Source: a bacterium
GTDB lineage: Bacteria > UBA8248 > JACPRG01 > G963555815
DNA: 64,000 nucleotides
Assembly (NCBI GenBank): GCA_965261595.1
Contig: CBDHDG010000006.1
Span: 384,001-448,000 of the forward strand
Reading direction: 5' to 3'
The notes beneath the pieces are model-generated. The model worked only from the letters and a program-made list of their open reading frames with translations. It ran no database searches and had not been told where the DNA came from. The position numbers were made by a program, and so were the translations under genes. Below are positions 31,013-40,676 of the stretch, piece after piece (positions within the stretch are counted from its first letter, which is position 1; the number at the start of each line of letters is the position of its first letter).

Positions 31013-31144
31013 TCAACTCACCTCAATCTCTCGGTGGGAAACAACACCTTCTGTTTTTAGGGTGTCCGTGATGGAATGTCAAGGACCGGACCGGGGTGAA
31101 AAGGCGGCGGTGAATGGACCCGGGCCGTTGATTCCCTTTGACGC

Positions 31145-31612
31145 ATGATCCGGGCGCTGGTAAATTCTCCGGACTCGTGTTTGGGGGGGGGGGGAGGAAT
31201 CCCGGCCCCTCTGATCTCCCGCGTCACAAAGGACGACCAGGATGGGACGAGCGATTCGGTTGCGGCGGCGCGCATGCGGGCCTCCCAGCGCCCGGATCCC
31301 CGGACCGTCGAGCGAATCCTCAAGGGCCCCGCCTTGGTCATCACGTTCTTGCGGAGGGACGTCAAAAAGACCGCTGTCACACGGATTGATATGGTCCTCC
31401 TGCAAGGAGGCCGGAGGTTCTACGCTCCCGCGTTGAAGCGGGGTCCGGCCCGGCCCGTCAAGGACGGCGAGAGGGTGATCGCGTATGAAGGCGAGCTGGA
31501 AGGGGAATACCCGCTGGATGAGCTGGACCCGCGAAGGTCCGCCACCCTGGAAGTCCGGCTGGAGGACGGGTCGCGCTTAACCTTCGACATCCCGCTTTGG
31601 CGCTTGCGGTGA
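31145..31612 (+). CDS. Hypothetical protein (5' end uncertain; contains a poly-G tract)
   Basis: C-terminal part looks protein-like; no family recognised. Confidence 0.35.
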   Translation: MIRALVNSPDSCLGGGGGIPAPLISRVTKDDQDGTSDSVAAARMRASQRPDPRTVERILKGPALVITFLRRDVKKTAVTRIDMVLLQGGRRFYAPALKRGPARPVKDGERVIAYEGELEGEYPLDELDPRRSATLEVRLEDGSRLTFDIPLWRLR

Positions 31613-31660
31613 GGATTTTTTCCGCGCGGATCGGAGAATCCGTAGATCCCGGCCCCCCCC

Positions 31661-32644
31661 TTGCGGCAAGAGGACGACAGCGTTGATGAAGTTTTCACGC
31701 ATCCTGAGAAAACCTCCGCGTTCTCTGCCTATTTGGGCGTGCTGGCCGCCGGGATCTGCGCGGCCCTTTCGTCGGGGATCATCCCGGCGCGCGCCGGCGG
31801 AGGCAGCCGGGCCGAGATGGTGACCATCCCCGCCGGGAAGTTCATCATGGGGAGCGCTCCCGAGGAGCGGGAATACGGCTACAAGCTGGACGAGACCCTC
31901 CACAAAAGTCCCGTCGCGCGGCAGAACAAGTGGTTCGAGAAAGAGACGCGCAAGGCGCAGGAGCTCCCGGCCTACCGGATCGACAAGTATCTCGTGACCA
32001 ACGACGAATACCAGGTCTTCGTCAACGCCGCCGGGCGGCCCGCGCCCTATGTCACCCGGTCGGTGTGGAAGGGTTACGGCCTCACCCACAAGTATGCGGC
32101 CGCCAAGCGATTTCTGTGGAGGGAGGGGCGGTTCCCGCCGGGCCGGGCCGCCCATCCGGTGGTCCTGGTCTCCCACGCGGACGCGGCGGCCTTCTGCGCG
32201 TGGCGGGGGAGGCGGGAGGGCCGCCGGCTTCACCTGCCCACCGAGGCGGAATGGGAAAAAGCGGCGGGGGGGGAGGACGGCCGGTACTTCCCCTGGGGGA
32301 ACGAGTTCGACCCGGACCGCCTCAACAGCTACGACGGCGGGCCGTTCGACACGGCGCCGGTCGGCCGCTATCCCTCGGGGGCGAGCCCGCACGGCATCTT
32401 CGACATGGCCGGGATGGTGTTCGAGTGGACCTCCACCCCGGCCGAGTGGGACAAGAAGCTGAATATCGTCAAGGGCGGCTCCTGGGACAATTTCCCGGGG
32501 GTCACCCGCCCGGCGGCCCGCCACGGCCGTCCGGCGCCCATCAAGCACATCCTCATCGGCTTCCGCTGCGGGGGCGGGTGCCGCCGGAGTAGAGATCAAC
32601 CGTCTCCACACAGGGAGACAAAGGTTCTTCGACAAAAAACTTGA
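31661..32644 (+). CDS. FGE-sulfatase (SUMF1) domain protein
   Basis: IPAG-FIMGS, HPVV-VS--DA-AFC, LPTEAEWEKAA, DMAG-V-EW, KGGSW, IGFRC. Confidence 0.9.
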   Translation: MRQEDDSVDEVFTHPEKTSAFSAYLGVLAAGICAALSSGIIPARAGGGSRAEMVTIPAGKFIMGSAPEEREYGYKLDETLHKSPVARQNKWFEKETRKAQELPAYRIDKYLVTNDEYQVFVNAAGRPAPYVTRSVWKGYGLTHKYAAAKRFLWREGRFPPGRAAHPVVLVSHADAAAFCAWRGRREGRRLHLPTEAEWEKAAGGEDGRYFPWGNEFDPDRLNSYDGGPFDTAPVGRYPSGASPHGIFDMAGMVFEWTSTPAEWDKKLNIVKGGSWDNFPGVTRPAARHGRPAPIKHILIGFRCGGGCRRSRDQPSPHRETKVLRQKT

Positions 32645-32656
32645 GGAGTCGGTCCC

Positions 32657-33280
32657 ATGGCGGAGGAAGCAAGAGGCGCGACGGTCTTGGACGAGGTGAT
32701 TCCCGCGAAGGGCTGCCGGGCCCTGACGATGAAGAAGGGCCAGGTCCTCCGGGTGGTGGACGTGGAAGGGCAGCAGGTGATGGACTTCGTGGCTTTCAAC
32801 AGCCGGGACCTCGAAGAGAAGCTTTCCATGTTCTGGAGCGACTGCTTCAACGGGACCTGGAAGCTGACCGAGGGACACACCCTCTACACGAACCGAAGCA
32901 CGCCGATGTTCACCATCCTGGAAGACACGGTGAAGATGAATTATTGCGGAGGGGCCTTTTGCACGGAGCAGGCGAACTTCTTCCGCTACGGCGAGCACAA
33001 CCTTCCCAACTGCGCGGACAACCTGACCCGGGCCTTCGCCCCGCATGGAATCCTCAGAAAAGACATCGATGAGGCGTCCTGTCTCAACATCTTCATGAAC
33101 GTCGCCTACGATCCCGACGGCACGTTCGAGATCCGGGAGCCCGTCTCGAAGCCCGGGGACCACATCGACTTCCGGGCGGAGATGGACGTCGTGGTCGGCA
33201 TGTCCAATTGTCCGCAGGAGCGGAACCCCTGCAACGCGTTCAAAACCACGCCCCTCGGCATTACGTTGTACGAGTCGTGA
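32657..33280 (+). CDS. DUF1989 / urea carboxylase-associated family protein
   Basis: GQVLRVVDVEGQQV-D, NC-DNL, LNIFMNV, SNCPQ--NPCN. Confidence 0.88.
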   Translation: MAEEARGATVLDEVIPAKGCRALTMKKGQVLRVVDVEGQQVMDFVAFNSRDLEEKLSMFWSDCFNGTWKLTEGHTLYTNRSTPMFTILEDTVKMNYCGGAFCTEQANFFRYGEHNLPNCADNLTRAFAPHGILRKDIDEASCLNIFMNVAYDPDGTFEIREPVSKPGDHIDFRAEMDVVVGMSNCPQERNPCNAFKTTPLGITLYES

Positions 33281-33357
33281 AATGGTGAACCCGTAATCGG
33301 ACATCAACCTTATCGCCCCTTGCAACGAATCGTTCGCGAGAAATCCGGGACGTCAAT

Positions 33358-34716
33358 ATGACAACCCATGACACCGTCGTTTCCGGCGGGCTTGTTGTCA
33401 CTTCCAAAGGCGTGGCAAAGCTCGACATCGGCGTCCGGGACGGACGAATCTCCGCCCTCGAGGCGCCGGGGAAGCTCAGCGGTCACGAGCGGATCGACGC
33501 CTCGGACCTGCTCGTCCTGCCCGGTCTGGTGGATGTCCACGTTCACCTGAGGGACCCCGGCTACACCCATAAAGAGGATTTTTCGTCCGGCACGGCCGAG
33601 GCCGCCGCGGGAGGGGTCACGACAATCGTCGCCCAGCCCAACACGGACCCCCCCGTGACGGACGCCCCATCGCTCCGCTTCGTCCGCGAACGGGGGGAGG
33701 GGAGGGAGGGGGGAGAGGGCCTATCCCACGTGGACTTCAGGATCTCGGGGATGTGCGTTCCCGGCGAGGCCGGGAAGATCGCCGAGATGGCCGCCGAGGG
33801 GGCCGCCTGCGTGGAAATCCTCATGGCCGACGGCCCGGCGGTGTTCGCCGAGGACAGGGACATCCGCGAGGCCCTCGTCGCCGCGAAGGAGAGCGGCCTG
33901 CCGGCCTGCGTCTACGCCGTGGACAGCGTGACGGCCGCCCTGTTCCGGGAGAACGTCGGAGACCGCAAGGACCCGGAGGCCCAGGCCGACTCCCGGCCCA
34001 ACGTCACCGAGGCGGCGGCGATCCTGAGGGTGCTCCTCATCGCCCGGGAGGCCGGGACGCCTGTCGTCTTCCGGCAGGTCAGCACGAAGGAGGGCATCGG
34101 CCTGCTCCGGATGGCGAAGGTATCGGGGATATCCGTCGGCGTCGAGGTCAACCCGCAGCACTTGTTCTTGACGCGCGCGGACCTGACCCGCCTCGGTCCC
34201 TACGCCGCCGTCTATCCGCCCCTTCGAAGACGAGAGGACGTAGAGGCCCTGTGGGCCGCGCTTCTGGACGGGACGGTGGACTGGGTGGGGACCGACCACG
34301 CCCCCCACGCCCCCGCCGAGAAGGAGGCCGGACGCGAAGACATCTTCAAGGCCCCCGGCGGCCTGCCGGGCCTCCGCACCTCCCTGCCCCTCTTTTTGAA
34401 TGCCGTCTACCGGACCCGGATCGACCTGAAGCGGATCGTCGAGCTCTTATGCACCGAACCGGCGCGGCGCTTCGGCCTCGGCCAGAAAGGGGAGATCCGC
34501 ATCGGCGCGGACGCCGACCTCGTCCTCACCGACCCGAATCTGGAACGCACCCCCAAGGAGCGGCCCGTCTACACGAAGGCCGAGGTCACGCCCTATGACA
34601 GGTTTCCCCTCAAAGGCTGGCCGGTGAAGACGATTTTGCGGGGGAAGACGATTGCCGAGAATGGAAAATTACTCGATCAGCCCTCTGGCAGGTTCAGCCC
34701 CTCTCAAAAAAGGTAG
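33358..34716 (+). CDS. Dihydroorotase/allantoinase-like amidohydrolase
   Basis: PGLVDVHVH-RDPG, AAAGGVTT, PPLR, GTDHAPH, G-DADLV. Confidence 0.88.
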   Translation: MTTHDTVVSGGLVVTSKGVAKLDIGVRDGRISALEAPGKLSGHERIDASDLLVLPGLVDVHVHLRDPGYTHKEDFSSGTAEAAAGGVTTIVAQPNTDPPVTDAPSLRFVRERGEGREGGEGLSHVDFRISGMCVPGEAGKIAEMAAEGAACVEILMADGPAVFAEDRDIREALVAAKESGLPACVYAVDSVTAALFRENVGDRKDPEAQADSRPNVTEAAAILRVLLIAREAGTPVVFRQVSTKEGIGLLRMAKVSGISVGVEVNPQHLFLTRADLTRLGPYAAVYPPLRRREDVEALWAALLDGTVDWVGTDHAPHAPAEKEAGREDIFKAPGGLPGLRTSLPLFLNAVYRTRIDLKRIVELLCTEPARRFGLGQKGEIRIGADADLVLTDPNLERTPKERPVYTKAEVTPYDRFPLKGWPVKTILRGKTIAENGKLLDQPSGRFSPSQKR

Positions 34717-34856
34717 GGAATGGGTCGATCCGGAAATCAGGTCGGCGTCGCATCGCCTATCGAATTCGGAGCGGGAGTTCTATCAGGTGCACCCAGTTGA
34801 AATTGCGGCTCCGGTAGATCCAAGGCGAGGTCTCTCCCTCCGTTCGGGATGACATC

Positions 34857-35612
34857 ATGCACACGACGGATTGGGATGAGCGCGAATACGGCCACCGGGC
34901 GAAGGTCGGCCTGATCGTTCCCGCCAACAACAACGTCATCGAGCCGGAGCTCTGGAAGATAGCGCCGGAGGGGGGGGGGGGGGTGGCGTTCTATGCGACC
35001 CGCCTGCCCGTCGAGGGGCAGGTGACCGACGAGACGTTCCGGCGGATGGAAGAGGAATCCGATCGGGCGATGCGCGAGTTGATGACGGCGGGGGTCCAAG
35101 CCCTGGCGTTCTGCGACATGGGCGTCGCCCTGGTCATGGAGGAAGGCTGGGGCGAGAAGCGCGTCGCGCGCATCAAAGAGCAGTCCGGCCTCCCCGCCAC
35201 GACGGGGGCGCTGGCGATGCTGGACGCCCTGAAAACCCTCGGCGCGGGCCGAATCGCCGTCGCGACGCCTTACCCCGAATCCCTACACGTGAGGGCCGCC
35301 CCTTTCTTCGGGCGCTACAACCACGCCTGCGTGTCGGACGCGAACCTCCCCATCCCCGATCCGGCCCAGGTGGGAAAAACGCCGCCCTCCCGCGTCTATG
35401 ACCTCATCAAAGACGCCGACCACCCGGACGCGGAGGCGATCCTCCTCCTGGCAACGGATATCCGCTCGATCGAGGTGATCCAGCCCCTGGAAGATGAGCT
35501 GGGCAAACCGGTGATCAGTACGAATACGTGCCTGATGTGGAAGGCCCTCAACCTCGCGGGCGTCGATGACCCCATCGACGGCTACGGCCGGCTGCTCGCG
35601 GGTGATTACTGA
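34857..35612 (+). CDS. Maleate isomerase / Asp-Glu racemase family protein
   Basis: GLIVPANN-VIEPE, RIAVATPY, LE-ELGKPVISTN, GYGRLL. Confidence 0.85.
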   Translation: MHTTDWDEREYGHRAKVGLIVPANNNVIEPELWKIAPEGGGGVAFYATRLPVEGQVTDETFRRMEEESDRAMRELMTAGVQALAFCDMGVALVMEEGWGEKRVARIKEQSGLPATTGALAMLDALKTLGAGRIAVATPYPESLHVRAAPFFGRYNHACVSDANLPIPDPAQVGKTPPSRVYDLIKDADHPDAEAILLLATDIRSIEVIQPLEDELGKPVISTNTCLMWKALNLAGVDDPIDGYGRLLAGDY

Positions 35613-35619
35613 GAATCTT

Positions 35620-35849
35620 CGCGGGGGGCGCTTTTTGAAAGGCGCCCCCCCGCACCCCCCCGCAAAACTTTTTGCGGCCAAGCTTTAGCTTGACCTTACT
35701 GGGTTGGGTGTTGGTTGGACTGGAGCGATTGTCTGTGGCCTGCGGGTGGCGTTCGTCTTTGGCTGGATGCCCGTCTGCCTCCGGCAGCCGCGGCATCCAG
35801 CCAAGGGGCCAGTTTTTAGTCGGTCTGCCAGCGTGAGTCGGAGGGGCTG
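35620..35849 (-). repeat. Structured intergenic element, copy A (homologous to 56696..56976)
   Basis: Colinear motifs and three hairpins shared with copy B. Confidence 0.75.
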
Positions 35850-35879
35850 ATCGATTTTGCTTACTGTGCATAACGTGAC

Positions 35880-35906
35880 GGGCGGGTACGGAGACCCGCC
35901 CCTACA
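35880..35906 (-). repeat. GTAG-type REP, third copy
   Basis: rc TGTAGGGGCGGGTCTCCGTACCCGCCC. Confidence 0.75.
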
Positions 35907-35980
35907 TCCAACAGATGGGTGACGTAGCATAACGACCGGCCTTAAGCCACTAGGAGCCCCAGACCAACCCGTTTGATCTT

Positions 35981-36090
35981 GCGACAGCGTGCCGCCCTGC
36001 GGGCGGCACGCTGTCGCGAAACGAAAGTCTTCGAGGGGGGGGTTGGGGGGACACACCCCACCGGGTGAAGTTTTCAAAATGTCCCCCCAA
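35981..36090 (+). repeat. Partial copy (3' module) of the structured element, preceded by a long hairpin
   Basis: GCGACAGCGTGCCGCCC-TGC-GGGCGGCACGCTGTCGC, then GAAAGTCTT-G-rich-TTGGGGGGACA...TTTTCAAAA-TGTCCCCCCAA. Confidence 0.55.
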
Positions 36091-36101
36091 GGTCTTAGCT
36101 T

Positions 36102-37031
36102 TCACCCCACCGGAACAACCGCCGCGTCCAGGACGCGTCTCAGGGCCTCCCTTTCTTCCGGGCTGAGGTCCGGCATGGGCGCCCGCACCCGGGCGCTGTC
36201 CATCCGCTCCGTCCAGACCAGCGCCTCCTTCAACCGGGGGACCGCCTTCAGCATGGGCGGCTCGAACAAAGCGTTCGCCGCGGGGGCCAATCGGTCGTTG
36301 ATGGCCTTGGCCCGGTCGATGTCGCCGGTTTGGACCGATTCGAACATCTCGACGATCATCTCGGGGAAGAGCGTGTGGAGGACCAGAAGCGTCCCGTCCG
36401 CGCCGGCCACGAAGTTGTAAAACAGGATCGTGTCGTTTCCGGAGAGGACCTTGACGTCCCGATCCGCCCTCCGGACCGCCTCCAGATTCGCCTCGAAGCC
36501 CTGGGTCGTCCAGGAGGTGTCCTTGATGCCGATGACGCCGGGGATCCGGGCCAGGCGCTCCACGATCTCCGGCGTGTACCGGACGCCCGCGTAAGCGCCC
36601 GCGACGAAGTAGAACATGGGGATCGCTCCCCCGTCCGCCACGGCGGACACGTAGCGGACCACGTCGTCCGGGCCGATCCCCCAGCCGAACCACCGGGGCG
36701 CGAGGAGCATGACGGCGTCGGCCCCGGCCGTCTTGGCCTCCCGGGCCATGTCGATGGCCGCGACCGTCGTGTCGGGCGATGGCGAGATGGCCGCGACCGT
36801 CGTGAACCCGGCCGGGCGGGCGGCGGCGACGGCCAGCTCGATCACCGCGAGCCGTTCCTCCCGCGAAAGAGAGTCGCCTTCGCCGGCGTGGGCGTTCACC
36901 ACGAGCCCGGTCATCAGGCCGGTCCCCAGAAGGAAATCCATCTGGGAGCGGAGTCCGTCGAAGTCGATCTTCTCATCTTCCAGAAACGGGACCATACATG
37001 CGGCGAGATGGCGGAAAGGGTCTGTTTGCAT
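36102..37031 (-). CDS. Dihydrodipicolinate synthase (DapA/NAL) family aldolase
   Basis: VPF--D--ID, NAHAGEG-SLS-EER, GADAVM, Schiff-base GIKD. Confidence 0.85.
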   Translation of the reverse strand: MQTDPFRHLAACMVPFLEDEKIDFDGLRSQMDFLLGTGLMTGLVVNAHAGEGDSLSREERLAVIELAVAAARPAGFTTVAAISPSPDTTVAAIDMAREAKTAGADAVMLLAPRWFGWGIGPDDVVRYVSAVADGGAIPMFYFVAGAYAGVRYTPEIVERLARIPGVIGIKDTSWTTQGFEANLEAVRRADRDVKVLSGNDTILFYNFVAGADGTLLVLHTLFPEMIVEMFESVQTGDIDRAKAINDRLAPAANALFEPPMLKAVPRLKEALVWTERMDSARVRAPMPDLSPEEREALRRVLDAAVVPVG

Positions 37032-37224
37032 AGCGGGGCATCCTCCTTCTCTGAAGATTATCCCCCACCGGCCATCGCCGGATCAAGCGCGGTCCGCTTT
37101 TGCCTTTTTCGGCCATCACGCAAGCGCGGGACGCGCGAACGATGAGGCCGGCAACGACGGTTCTTCCAAGAGGGTTTTCAGGGTTGGGATTTGGATGCGG
37201 CGGAGAGGCGCAGGCCGGGGCCGG

Positions 37225-38121
37225 TCATTTCTTCAGCGGCCCGCCCGCGGCAATCCGGCTGCCGCCCGTCGTCCGCCGCGAGCGGAGCATCCCGCGCATG
37301 TTGCCGAAGAAGATCGCCTTTTTCACGAGAATCCGGGAAGGGACGTTATCCTCCCGGATGCGGAAGCGGACGGCGCCCACCGTCTGGCCGAACAACTCTT
37401 TCGGAACCGTGATGGCGATATCCAGGCCGGAATGGCCATCCGCTCCGGTCTTGCGGCTTCCCACGGTCACCGTAAAAAACTGGCGTTTCTTTTGCCGCTC
37501 TTTGAACCATTTCCGCGTGGGGATGGAAAAGATCCGGATAACCTTGCCCGGATTGATGGGGCCGTAAACCCCGCGGCGGAGGTTGAAGAAGGACGAGATG
37601 AAATCCTCATAGACTGTGCCGGGCGGTATCCGGTGGGTCTTGAATTCCGTCTCGGCGTCGTCCCCCTTCGACTCGGTGGAGGTCCAGCACATCACGCCGG
37701 AAGCGTAATCCAGAAAGGTCGAGCTGGCGCATTTGAACCCGCCCATCACGACTTCCTTGTGGAATTCCACCGGGACCAGCCGGCCGTCATCGTCGAGTCT
37801 CATCACCGAGCGGTATCGATCCTGCCGAAAAAGACTCACCAGGCCGATAAACCCTTTCGTCCGGGCCGAAACGACGCCTTCATAAAGGCCCCGGTCCGGA
37901 AGATACTTCATCGTCATGGATCCGACGACCGCGTTCTTGAAGATGAGGAAACTGATGTCGTAAACAAGCTTCTCTTCCACCGGCGCCGAAGGGACAAGGG
38001 CCGGCTCGGCGGGGGTGAGGCCGGTCGCCATGATCCATACGATGAGAAGCCATCCCGTAAGAAATCCCGCACGTGATTTTCGTCTCGCCTTGACCATGCC
38101 CGCACCCTTGAACGCCGACAC
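37225..38121 (-). CDS. Exported DUF3108-like protein
   Basis: Signal/TM region, E-LVYDISF, D--SSFF-LR, VP-RI. Confidence 0.6.
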   Translation of the reverse strand: MSAFKGAGMVKARRKSRAGFLTGWLLIVWIMATGLTPAEPALVPSAPVEEKLVYDISFLIFKNAVVGSMTMKYLPDRGLYEGVVSARTKGFIGLVSLFRQDRYRSVMRLDDDGRLVPVEFHKEVVMGGFKCASSTFLDYASGVMCWTSTESKGDDAETEFKTHRIPPGTVYEDFISSFFNLRRGVYGPINPGKVIRIFSIPTRKWFKERQKKRQFFTVTVGSRKTGADGHSGLDIAITVPKELFGQTVGAVRFRIREDNVPSRILVKKAIFFGNMRGMLRSRRTTGGSRIAAGGPLKK

Positions 38122-38574
38122 CTCAATGCTCCGGCTACCTGTAATCCCTTAGATGGCCGGAGCGTAAAAAAGGTTCGGGGATACCCGACCTCGCGATGCC
38201 TCCCGGTTTCGGACCGGCGACCCTTGATGAGCCGAAACACAAAACAACCGGTTCATTCACCCTTCTTTAGTTTCTTTTCGGCCTCCTGTCCCGAACACTT
38301 GAGCGTTTCGCCCACACCGGCTTGCGGCCGCCAATCCGGCCCTGCCCCCTCCCGGACATTCTTTTCAAAGATGCGGCTGTTCGGAACACGGATGAGCGGT
38401 GTTGTAATTCGGCTTGTCGTCGATGTTTTGGGATTTCTCGGAAAAACGTCAGGGAGATGGTCCGTTCCGGGCGGGAATCAATCGATCAGGCGTCAATCAC
38501 CGGGCGGCAGGCATGTTGCCCGCTTGAATCCGGACCTTTCTTCCTTGCCGAATCCGCAATCGAATCCAGACCCG

Positions 38575-40625
38575 ATGAAAATCTTCGGAAAGGGGTGGGG
38601 GACTCTCTGGCTTGCGTTGGGACTTGCCCTTCTAACGGGCATCGCCGTGCTTGTCCGTCCTCCCCTCTCGATTCCTCCCAACTTTGAATCTTACGACACC
38701 CTAGGGTGGAACTTGGCCCGCGGGGCGGGGTCACTTTTAACGAGGAAGGAATCGAGAGCCCCTATTTCTTTCGGACCCCCGGATACCCGCTCTTCCTGGC
38801 GGCCGTCTACTCCCTGTTCGGACACACGCCCCGGGCCGTCTTCCTCTTCCAAATCGGCTTCCACCTGCTGACGGTGATTTTGGTCTATGCTTTGACCCGC
38901 CGATGTTTCGACAAGCGGGTGACCGCGGCGGCCTCCATTCTCACCGCGGTGTTTCCCTTAACCACGATGTATATCCCGACGGTCTTGCCCGAGACCCTCT
39001 CGACCTTCCTGACGGTGCTCATCCTCTGGCTTTTCATTCGGACCCTGGACGGAAAAAATCCATGGCTCGCCCTGCTGACAGGCGGCGTCATCGCTTACGC
39101 GGCGCTGGTGCGGCCGGTCTTCGGGCTGTTTTCCCTTTTCCTCTTCGCGGGGGCTTGGCGGGCGAAGGAGCGGGGCAGAAATCTCTTTCCGACTTTTGTC
39201 ATTCTCCATCTGGGGTTCGTGTTGGTCTGGATGCCTTGGGTCGTGCGGAACTATCGGCTGAGCGGAGCGTTCATCCCCCTCAGCACCGAGGCCCAATATC
39301 AGTGGTGGATCGAGACCTTGAGCGTGGACGACTTTGTCAACCGCTATTGGGAAAACCCCGATTACTACTTTCAAAACCTTATCCTGATTAACCGTTTGCC
39401 CTACTTGCACGACGCCTCCGAGCGCCCCGTGCCCATTCAACTCATCGCGCGCGGGATCGGGCGGCTGGACCCGATACGGCTCCATTTCCGAACGAACAAA
39501 TTCGATCCATTCGTAACGCTGGCCATGTCGCCGGTCGGAGCGGACAGGGTTCAAGCGAAGATCCCTCCCCATCCTCCGGGTGCCCGCGTGAACTATTTTC
39601 TGTCGTTCGAGACCCCTTTTCCCCAGGGAAACCGTTATCGGTATCCCCCCCGTCCCGAAGAGAACCTTTTCTACGTCATCCGGCCCAATGTATTGGGGAA
39701 AATCGACGAACCGGACGTCCTTGACATTCACAACCTGGCCGCGGTCGGCCGCGTCTTTCTCCGCGAAAACCGCAATGCCTTGAAACCGGGAACCATCCTG
39801 AGAGTCAAAAAGATTGAGCCGATCCCCTTCTCCAGCCTCGATTTTCTGATCCAGAAGTTTTCGCTGTTCCCGAAGATCACCTTGACGGGCGTGGAGGCCC
39901 AAGGTCCACAAACACTCCGACTGCATTTGAGCAACGGCTCCAATTTTCTTCTGCCTTTACAGAAGCGCCCCGGGACACTGCGGAATCTGATTCAAAAGGA
40001 GGGGAGCGATTCCAAGCCTCATTTTTCCGCAACCCTCTATCAGGCGTCGCCGGGAAAGTCTGGGGCGACTTGGCAAAGGATGGCTCTCTGCGGATTCGGC
40101 GGGCTCGAACGAATATTGCGGGGATCATACCCCTGTATCCAAAGGATCGGACCGACTGCCATCGATCAGGAAAGCCGCCGAAACCGAGCTTACCTCGACC
40201 TTGCGTGGATCAACCTGAAGAGGGATTTCTGGAAGATTCTTCGGGCATCGGCCTTCAGGATTCCCCGCCTTTGGGTGGTCGTGGGAACGACCAGCGACAA
40301 GCAGGCCTACCAAGTCGGAGGAAGCTCCATCCTGTACCCCCTCCTCACCCTGGGAACCCTGGCGATTCTGGCCTTGGGGGTTTTTGGCTTCGTGATATCA
40401 CGAAAGCGTTGGCGGGAGCACTTGTTCTTGACGACGCCCGTCCTCTACCTTTCCCTGGTCCATGCCCCGTTCCACGTTGAATCCCGATACTCCGTTCCGG
40501 GAAGACCCTTCTTCCTGATCTATACGGCCGTCGCCCTGATTTTTCTCTACACGAAGACGCAGGAGCACTTCCGTCAAAAGCGCCGGCCGGCGGGGTCTCC
40601 TCCGGGATCGCCCGCTTCCCCATAG
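38575..40625 (+). CDS. GT-C (ArnT/PMT, GT39-like) membrane glycosyltransferase with large soluble insert; frameshift near 38730
   Basis: YD-LGWNLA-G, R-PGYPLFL, ETL-TF, ALVRP, PWVVRNY, RY-VP. Confidence 0.75.
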
Positions 40626-40676
40626 ATTCCGGCGAACGCCCCCGCCCGTCAAGAAAATCCGGTTCAGGCCGGGCCG

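Noticed and set aside
31613..32656. Guanidine riboswitch upstream of the DUF1989 gene
   Set aside because: The region is coding (FGE-domain gene) and no ykkC or mini-ykkC consensus was seen
34826..34854. GTCATCCCGAAC-type REP half (minus strand)
   Set aside because: Single copy with no partner arm in the window; cannot be supported
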